A program made the position numbers and the translations under genes. A stretch of 64,000 nucleotides of DNA from Octopus vulgaris. Its lineage: Eukaryota. Positions within the stretch are counted from its first letter, which is position 1. Each line of letters begins with the position of its first letter. The notes beneath the pieces were generated by a model. The model made no database searches. It was not told the origin of the DNA and saw nothing but the letters and a program-made list of their open reading frames with translations. Below are positions 54,823-64,000 of this stretch, piece by piece. Where the stretch lies: contig OX597814.1 of NCBI GenBank assembly GCA_951406725.2, positions 172,484,001-172,548,000 of the forward strand. The letters are read 5' to 3'.

Positions 54823-55348
54823 TATCTATCTGTGGATGTATGGATGTTTGTGAGTGTCATTGAATAATGATATATAAAAATATTAGGAGCTACCTTCGGG
54901 GTTAGCCGATTGGCTGATTCGTATTGCGTCGCAAGGATGCTTTACATTATTTGTTCCCAGAATGTTCTAGGTTCAAGCCACACCGTGCTTTACTTTGTTT
55001 TTCAGGTTTGATAAAATAAGTTACCAGTCAAATAATGAAATCGATACCTCCCCACTTCTCTCTCTCTCTCACTGTCTCTCCGTTTTTCTCTCTCTCTTTA
55101 TCTTTCTCTCTGTCCCTTCCTAAATGGGTTGTGCTACGGCAAACGTGACAAGGGGGTACGGACCTTCTCCTGTATCCGTTTACTTCAAGACAAAGTTGAC
55201 TTTATCTTAATAGGGTAATATAGAAGCCGAGTCACTAGCGGAGTGTGGCACCTCATGAGGATGAGGATAACTGTTTATATGATTTTCAGTTATGCTTCTG
55301 GTATTAAATTGCAACAGAAAATTTCTACAATTCAGCTAGTAATAAAAG

Positions 55349-56474
55349 TTAGAAATAAAAGTTTGTGAAGAATTACTCAATTTGACATAGTTTTAATAAA
55401 GATTCTATAGACAACAGTTTTGGAAATGAGCAAAACATTCTACCGTTAAATACAGTATTATTAAAATGATCATGCTTCTCAAGAAGCACATTGCAACCAT
55501 CCGTTATAATATGAAAGCTTCCGTTTGATTTTTCTGTTTGCGATCAGTAGATTAATCTAGAGCGACGACCCTGTTATAATGTGCTCAATAAAATTGTATT
55601 TTCAGACAACATTTGTCAAAAGTTTCAAACCTATTGTTTAAATGATCAGATAAATTAGTGAATATGTGACGTTCGTTATTCTAAGTCAGACTTGTCGCGA
55701 CTTAGATCTGTTTCTGTGTAGCATGCTGTCCTTATGAATTTGATAGCAAAAACTATCGAGACTGCTTTCTTTTAATTTCCACATATAATTAGACAGGGTT
55801 GTAGCATTTCTGTTATTTATGAAATTATTTCTCTTCATAAAAATGACACTTATAAGTATTTTATAGGCATATACATTATAGATAATACACATTTATATTT
55901 CTACAGCTGCACACAATAGAATCAGCCCTTTTGTCGCGTAAGAAGTATTTGTTATACGCACCAACGATATTAGTGATACAATTGTAACTTTCTTTAATAT
56001 TATTTCCCTCAAATAATTTAGAGAATTTATGAACGATTGGGAAGTTCTTTTGATAAACACAAAGTAGCCATACCTACATTTGATTTTACTTCGATGAAAA
56101 TAGAAAATGAAGGCAAAAAATATCTCGCTTTTCGTTCTTGCTTGAAAACAGGTTTTCTGGATTAAAAGAGTATCTTTTAAAATTTTAAGAAAAAATGCAT
56201 CTTTTTAGCCAAGAAGATCAGATATGCTTTCTCTAAAGTATCATTTGCATATCCATAACATACTGTAATTCAGATGTCCAACTACTCCAATGTGATATTT
56301 AAATACATGTATTTATTGGTTGATTAAAATTATCGATTCTATGGCATGCATAATAATTTTAATAATACTGTATTTAACGGTAGAATGTTTTGCTAATTTC
56401 CAACACTGTTGCCGCTACAATCTTTATTAAAGCTATGTCAAATTGAGCAATTCTTCACAAACTTTTATTTCTAA
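55349..56474 (-). mobile_element. 5'-truncated Penelope-like retroelement with inverted terminal repeats (55349-55467 / 56356-56474)
   Basis: ~120-bp inverted repeats enclosing a decayed RT-linker-GIY-YIG coding region. Confidence 0.75.
55590..56335 (-). pseudogene. Penelope-like (Neptune-type) RT C-terminus plus GIY-YIG endonuclease relic
   Basis: Colinear minus-strand motifs: MYLNITL (cf. FLDVTL), VCSCRN (Cys linker), IIY, NATTLSNYMWKLKE (TxLSxYIWxLK), KSRQV*L (cf. CxLCL), HLNNRFETFDKC (cf. LNKRSELxxKC). Confidence 0.72.
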
Positions 56475-57803
56475 GTCTGCTACACCATTACAATGCATTA
56501 CTATGATTCTACTGGAAAGCCTAGAGGCTTCCTTAGTTCCGAATTGACTCTACACAGGATTTGTTTATCTGCACTTAGGATTACATATCATCGTTTTCTT
56601 AAGATCATTCAGAGTGTTATCAATTTCATAGTTGGACAAACATTCTCTCTTTTATCTGATTTTAATCTAGAAACTATAATCGTAATTTTATTGTTAGTAT
56701 TGTCATTACTTTTGTGCAATAAATAGAACCTCACTTAGTATCCTTATTTAATTCTAACACATTAGAGAAAGCGTAAACTTTGATAGACGTAATGATGATA
56801 ATATCTGATTCTAGTCTGCTTTGAAAGCTATAAATATCTTTTTTAGATCTTACTTTGCTAATATCATAATTAGAAGTTATATAGTAAACAGTTGCGCGTT
56901 TTCACTAAAGTTTTTAGATGGTGGTGGGTTTCCGTTACATAGCTATCCACATATATTTTAAAACGTTTCGTTTCCGACAAACGTTTCATATTGCTCTTGC
57001 AAGATTCTCGCTAGGTAGTGTTGGTATATTCTTCATTACTGTTTTTAAAAAATGTTATTTTATTTGATGAGAATGCACAAGAGTGATAGTAGTATAACGA
57101 ACAAAGTAAAGGCATGAATATAATTTGCATTCGATTCATTTCTTTGTTGTTAAAACAACGGAGAGAACAAAGAAGTTTCAGTGAAAATTTACAGTCCTGT
57201 CACCCCGTGCTAACTACAGAAAATAAATGCCATATTTGTAAAACTTCCTTACTAAGATAGCTTCATAGCAAAAGGTAAAAAATTAAAACACAAGTAACCT
57301 ACCATGACTATTTTAGCGCGCTTTGCCTCTGAAATTTATTAAGTACCTTCCGTATAATTTGTAAGATAATTAACGAGCGACTGGGAAAATTAATATACAT
57401 GAGCGCAGTTATTACCATGTTTATAGAATGGTCTTTTCAAAATCGTATTGTCCCAGGTTTCATCAATCTACATGTTAGCTCCGCAATGCTCATGTGGGAG
57501 AAACTGATAAGATAGAAACTGTGATTAAGTTCGTTCGATAGGTTTCTTACAAGCATAAACCAGTTCACCCGTTTGAGGGTAGGTTCCTCCATTCTTTCCA
57601 CTCGTTTCAGAGTTTCTGATAAAATTTTAAAAAAAACTACAGAAGTTTTCTCCCTTCTTATAAGCTTCTTGTAGCAAAGAATTACACTAACAGTAACTAG
57701 CTTCAATAACAGACACATTGTTTATGTCAGGTCTATAGCCAAATTATTGCTGATACTAACGTTTTCGTTAACACCAAATGAACTCTGATTGAGTAGGCAT
57801 ATA

Positions 57804-57941
57804 CATTTCTTTTTAACCCACAAGGGGCTAAACACAGAGAGGACAAACAAGGACAGACAAACGGATTAAGTCGATTATATCGACTCCAGTACGTAACTGG
57901 TACTTAATTTATCGACCCCGAAAGGATGAAAGGCAAAGTCG
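57804..57941 (-). mobile_element. 5'-truncated SINE group A with TSD gtaggcatata
   Basis: Tail matches 40170-40305; direct repeat on both sides. Confidence 0.88.
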
Positions 57942-60153
57942 GTAGGCATATAATCAATGACATACCAATTATAAATATGCCGCATGTTTAGAGCTTTTAG
58001 GACTACTTTATCTAATGTATCATTTTATTTCTTTATTTGAGATGACGGGACATGATATGAGTAAAAACGGGCTGCTACTTCTTAAAAGTTGGAAAACCAC
58101 GTAGTGACTCCTTCATCAAGTTGTATCGCAAGCATAACTGTGTGTTAAGCCGCTTGCTCTGCGTCGTAGTCATGTTTTCGATCCGAGTGTATGCAACACC
58201 GGGCCAATGTCTTCTATTATCATTTCAGGTCAACCAAACTTTGTGAGTGAAATATATTGAACAGACACATGAAATATATGAAATATATTGAACAGATGCA
58301 TTGTAAAATCCCTTGAGAGTAGCTGTTCCTGCTTTTGGATGATAGAATTAAACAATCGCTTGTTTGAACACTACTTGGCACTCGAAAGATAATGTCGTTC
58401 ATAGTCGGAATTGAATAAACATAAAGAGTAGTAGTTAAACACAGCAATGCATTTTGTCTGTTGTTTTATTGAGGTTCCCGATACTATCACTATATGTATA
58501 TGTAAGTATTTAAAAACAAAAACATTTCGTATGTGAAGATAGATTAATAATCCGAACGATTATAACTGTATAAACACGTCACGTCACCTTTCTTATCTTA
58601 TAAATTTTAGTATTTAGTTTGAGAAATCATAATACAATTTATGAGAAGTAGGGTAACGCAAGAGAAAAAATTATAGAAATCTCAAATTCCGCTAAAATCA
58701 GTTTTGCCTTTCGTTCTTTTAAGGTCGATAAAATGAAGGTCAGAATAATACTGGACGTGTCTGAAGTTATCTTCTTTATTTGTGACAAAAAAATTAAATT
58801 AAATTAATTATTGATTAGCAGATAAGTTTAAAATGTGCTAAGTTTTAAATACGCTTAAAACCAACTTAGCTGCAACACGCTTTAGTTTTATAGAACCAAA
58901 AAGTTAGCAAAGTTTAGAGATGCATTGTTAGTTCCAATTGTTATAACTTCTCGCTGTCGTCATCATAGTCTTCGCCATCGTCGTCGACATTAAATGTTGC
59001 CGATGTTGTTGTTGCTGATGTTGTTGTTGTTGTTGATACAGTCAACGTCGTTAGTGTTCCTGTTGTTTATGTTGTCATTCTTCTTGCTATTGTCAATATT
59101 GTAGGTTTTCTTTCCCATTCAGTTGTAATGCATTTAAGCTTCAAATCCGAGTCCCTTTCAGTGATTTGAAACGTGAATACCAAATACCAGATACCAACAT
59201 CGAAATAAAAGCACCAGCACCACCACCACACCCACCAATACAACCCCGCACTACTACTCCTACTACTACTCCTACTACTCCTACTACTACTACAACTGCT
59301 ACTATAATCTTTTTTCTTTGTTAATGACTTTCAATCACATTTTAGGTTTTTTTTTATATATATATATTTATTTATTTTCTTTTACCCACCAAACTAGTAA
59401 GATTGGTAAATTTGTAGCTCATCAGTAAATAAAGTCTGAGAAACGCTAAAGTTTAATTATTTCATTATTAATAGCTCTTACATGAAACTCGATCCTCGAC
59501 TCCTTATAATAATATATATACACATACAAAAGGCAATTGTGGAAGTTGTTGGTATAAAAAAAACAACAACCGAGGATTTTGTTAATTGTAAAGATCCACG
59601 CAGTTTCGAGAGGAAATTATGTTTGGAAGTAAAAGTAAAAAAAAAATAAAATAGAAACAATGAAAACTAAGAAGAAACAGAAGCGGATACAAGAAAAAGA
59701 AAAAATAAGTTTTTTTTACAAAATAATAAGTGTAAAGACTTTAGTAAAAAATAAGTAAATAAAAGATCACAATGGAATGAAAAACAGCAACGAGTGTGTT
59801 TTTTAGAATAATTCTTAAATTAACATCCGTTGTATAGTTTGTGTATCCAGATTATTTTGTTAATGGCGATAATGACGATAATGATGATAATGATGATGAG
59901 GAGGGTTGCGTTGATGGCGATGGAGTTGATGACAACGATGACGACGAACGTGTTGAGGATAAAGACTGTGATGACAACAATGGCGATGAATAAGAATGAT
60001 AATAATTTGGTTATATACAACAACAAAGGCGAACAATGAAAAAACATTACAATACAATACGATACAATCACTATTATACCGTTCCAAACAAATACTAAAC
60101 ACTCGTTGCGCGTTTATATAAATGTACACACAACTAATGCGCTTGTATATCCA

Positions 60154-60184
<31 letters not shown>

Positions 60185-60185
60185 G

Positions 60186-60237
<52 letters not shown>

Positions 60238-60244
60238 TCTATCT

Positions 60245-60276
<32 letters not shown>

Positions 60277-60302
60277 ATCTATCTATCTATCTATCTCTTT
60301 TG

Positions 60303-60705
60303 CTCTTTTACTCTTTTACTTGTTTCAGTCATTTGACTGCGGCCATGCTGGAGCACCGCCTTTAGTCGAGCAAATCGACCCCAGGACTTATTCTTTGTAA
60401 GCCTGGTACTTATTCTATCGGTCTCTTTTGCCGAACCGCTAAGTTACGGGGACGTAAACACACCAGCATCGGTTGTCAAGCGATGTTGCGGGGACAAACA
60501 GAAACACACAAACATATATACACACACATACATATGTATATACATATATACGACGGGCTTCTTTCAGTTTCTTTCTACCAAATCCACTCACAAGGCTTTG
60601 GTCGGCCCGAGGCTATATTAGAAGAACCTTGCCCAAGGTGCAACGCAATGGGACTGAACCCAGAACCATGTGGTTGGTGAGCAAGCTATTTACCACACAG
60701 CCACT

Positions 60706-60707
<2 letters not shown>
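60303..60707 (-). mobile_element. SINE group B, near full length
   Basis: Matches 5032-5438. Confidence 0.92.
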
Positions 60708-60760
<53 letters not shown>

Positions 60761-60821
60761 GAAATATGTTACAAAAAGAAAATAGAAAATATATATATAT
60801 GTATGTATGTATATGTATGTG

Positions 60822-60859
<38 letters not shown>

Positions 60860-60913
60860 GAAATATGTTACAAAAAGAAAATAGAAAATATATATATATG
60901 TATGTATGTATAT

Positions 60914-60966
<53 letters not shown>

Positions 60967-61013
60967 TGTTACAAAAGAAAATAGAAAATATATATATATG
61001 TATGTATGTATAT

Positions 61014-61083
<70 letters not shown>
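60708..61083. repeat. Three tandem ~100-bp units: AGAAATATGTTACAAAA(A)GAAAATAGAAAA plus microsatellite
   Basis: Unique ~30-mer at about 60760, 60859 and 60960, separated by (TA)n. Confidence 0.9.
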
Positions 61084-61087
<4 letters not shown>

Positions 61088-61579
61088 GTGTCTTTGTGTG
61101 TGTGTGCATGTAAGTATGTATGACTGTGTGTTTGTAGCAATGTTGATATGATGTGTGCGTATACGTGTGTGTATGAGAGCGGTTAGAAGGCACGTAAGAA
61201 GCTCACCAAGCACTTCTTAATTCGTTTGTTTAATCGAATTATTTACTTACTTACAGTGCTCTACAACTAATTAGAAATTTTTAGATGTGACAAATGTCTA
61301 TGAAATATGTATGCGTGCAGCCCCGATGTTGTACCTTTTCTGACATCAACTTCCCTTGGTGTCCATAAGAGTACCTATCCTCTATATAGTTGTTCTGCTT
61401 GTTATAATAGGTTATAATAGGTAATATTTTCGTCATACCCATACTTTCTCTTTTAAAAAATGGCTACACTTAATAATGTAGTTTTGACACACTCTTCCTG
61501 GAAAAAAAAAAGAGTTCTATTCCCGTTCAACTTGTTTTTGATTATCAATCTACTCTAACTAGCACTTTGCCGCCTACGC

Positions 61580-61881
61580 CGAAGTGCCAGTTGATCCGAT
61601 AAACGGAACAGCCTCCTCGTGAAATTAACGTGCAAGTGGCTGAGCACTCCACAGTCACACGTGTACCCTTATCGTAATTCTGAGGGAAATTCAGCGTGAC
61701 ACAGAATGTGACAAGGTTGACCATTTGGAATGCAGGTTCTACTCATTGTTGCGGGCTAAGTGAACTGGATCAACATGATATAAAGTGTCTTATTCAAGGA
61801 TATAATGCGCCGCCGGGAATCGAACTCGCGACTTTACGATCGTGAGCCAAATATCTTAAACTCTAAGTCATGCGCCTTCAC
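61580..61881 (-). mobile_element. Diverged SINE group C variant
   Basis: Head GAAGGCGCATGACTTAG as 52973, 3' half as 6218-6400. Confidence 0.8.
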
Positions 61882-62070
61882 TCTACTCTACCAGGAATAA
61901 TAAAACAACCTAGAATAAACAACAATAAAATATTAACAGCTTCAACTCCTCGGTTATTGGTTGTATTATACTTTTATTGAGCCGTCTTCGCTTAGGTGAA
62001 GATAAAAATCAATTTAAAAAGTGATCTGCGGCGCGACTGCTTCTGTCTCATGGCACAGAGAAGACAAAAT

Positions 62071-62144
<74 letters not shown>

Positions 62145-62146
<2 letters not shown>

Positions 62147-62292
62147 CGCAGGAGTAGCTTGCTTACCAACCACATGGTTCCAGATTCAGTCCCATTGCGT
62201 GGAACCTTGGGTAAGTGTCTTCTACTATGGCCTCGGGCCGACCAAAACCTTGTGAGTGGATTTGGTAGACGGAAACTGAAAGAAGCCCGCCG

Positions 62293-62371
<79 letters not shown>

Positions 62372-62591
62372 TTGTGTGTCTGTGTTTGTCCCCTCACCAT
62401 CGCTTGGCAACCGATGTTGGTGTGTTTACGTACTGTAACTTAGCGGTTCGGCCAAAGAGACCGATAGAATAAGCACTGTTCTTACAAAGAATAAGTCCTG
62501 GGGTCGGTTTGCTCTCGGCTAAAGGCGGTGCTCCAGCATGGCCACAGTCAAATGACTGAAACAAGTAAAACAGTAAAAAGAGTAAAAGAGT
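62145..62591 (+). mobile_element. SINE group B
   Basis: Matches 48236-48670, with a small head deletion. Confidence 0.9.
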
Positions 62592-62680
62592 ATCACTGAA
62601 GTCATGACGAAAACATTTTTAAACAGACAACACTAATGGGAATTTCTTATTGTCTTATTGTCTTATTTCTTATTTTCCAG

Positions 62681-63368
62681 ATGGCCGGTCGCTTGACTGT
62701 TCAAGAGCGAGCTAAGATAGCAGCACACTATGAAGTATGGAATTCTGTTGTTTTGGTTCAGAGATGGTGGCGTGCATGGAAAGCTAAGCATGCAACACTA
62801 CGTTTGGGGACAATAAAAAGTTGTCATGCAAAGCTGATGACAATGGGCTCTGTGAACGATGCAAGAAGAAGTGGCCGTCCACCCCATTCCGATCAGCGGA
62901 GAACGTGGAACGTGGAACGTGCAGGAAATGTTTAATTGCAGCCCGAAAAAAAAATCAACATGTCAAGCAGCTTGTGAAAGTGGACTAACAAGACACACAA
63001 TACGTACGGTGTTGCATAAGGAATTGAATTTTCCTCTGTAGAAACTCCATTACATGCAGGAGCTGATGGAATGACGTGGACCTCATGAATGGCGTCCAAG
63101 AAGCCCAGATTTCACTCCATGTGATTTTTACCTTTGGGGTTACACAAAAGAGAAGATATACAAGACAAAACCTCGCATACGGGAGGACTTGGAAACAGAT
63201 TCAGGAGGTTCTCAGTGATATCCAGGACGATTGCCTTAAATTTGCGGATTTACTTTAATTTCCCCATTTAATAAAGAACACGTATCATTTGTTTCAATGA
63301 ATTTGTAAAAGGGATATGGACTTTACTACCAATTTTTAATGCCTACTTACTATTCACCCACCCTTTAT
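62681..63368 (+). pseudogene. Tc1/mariner-superfamily transposase relic (DUF4817-type HTH), internally deleted
   Basis: MAGRLTVQERAKI...SVVLVQRWWR...GSVNDARRSGRP, SPKKST, then WRPRSPDFTPCDFYLWGYTKEKIY; TIR-like end CCACCCTT-TA. Confidence 0.88.
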
Positions 63369-63495
63369 ATATACGACGGGCTTCTTTAAATTTCTGTTTG
63401 CCAAATTCATTCAAAATCATTGACCAACCTAGGGTTACTGTAGAAGACACTGTAACCCTAGGTTACAGTACAAGACACGGTAACCCTAGGTTCAA

Positions 63496-63724
63496 GGCGG
63501 CGAGCTGGCAGAAACGTTAGCACGCCGGGCGAAATGCGTAGCCGTATTTCGTTTGCCGTTACGTTCTGAGTTCAAATTCCGCCGAGGTCAACTTCGCTTT
63601 TCATCCTTTCGGGGTCGATAAATTAAGTACCAGTTATGCACTGGGGTCGACGTAATCGACTTAACCCGTTTGTCTGTCCTTGTTTGTCCCCTCTATGTTT
63701 AACCCCTTGTGGGTAATAAAGAAA
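63496..63724 (+). mobile_element. SINE group A inserted into a minus-strand SINE B (63370-63790)
   Basis: Full head and tail; the host SINE resumes at cagtagaagacacttgcccaag. Confidence 0.9.
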
Positions 63725-64000
63725 CATACAGTAGAAGACACTTGCCCAAGTTGTCGCGCAATGAGACTGAACCGAAACCACGTGATTACATAACAATTCT
63801 TAACACACACCCGAACACGTAGAAGCTCCTTCGTTGGATCGTAGCAAAGCAAGTATTCTCGACTGTAATGAATGACGTAATTCCAAAACTTTATCATATT
63901 ACTAGTTATAAGAAACAACCATCAACTCTACATTTAAGTATGGCAGTAAGTATTCATTCACTTATCTTCATCTCCATTTTCTGCTGGTTGAGAAACAAGT

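Overview
AT-rich, gene-poor eukaryotic DNA. The tRNA-SINE families and microsatellite load look like an octopod cephalopod, but that is recognition from memory, not a search result. No host protein-coding exon can be supported. Most long ORFs in the track are (TA)n/(CA)n/(TACA)n translation artefacts, and the rest read through SINEs, transposon relics or unique sequence with no recognisable product. The window contains three modular tRNA-SINE groups (many with target-site duplications, TSDs), hAT MITEs, mariner/Tc1 relics, RTE and CR1/L2-type LINE relics, a probable Gypsy LTR fragment and a 26-bp minisatellite. The main signal is that the (TA)n arrays are punctuated by short islands of mutually unrelated sequence, many of them fold-back palindromes with 35-240 bp arms. 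About 15 islands carry type I hammerhead ribozyme (HHR) motifs with a self-complementary stem III. Several look intact (2248-2338, 3204-3289, 3803-3880, 45106-45205). Some have non-canonical cores, including a compensatory G3-C8 swap and a probable U3-A8 swap. Where both can be read, the ribozyme-sense strand points outward towards the microsatellite. A decayed Penelope-like RT/GIY-YIG ORF flanked by inverted repeats (55349-56474) ties these islands to Penelope-like elements (PLEs). A second conserved motif of unknown function, TTTGRCTGCTATTTCTAGC, recurs downstream of the ribozymes. All structures were folded by eye and coordinates may be off by a few bases.
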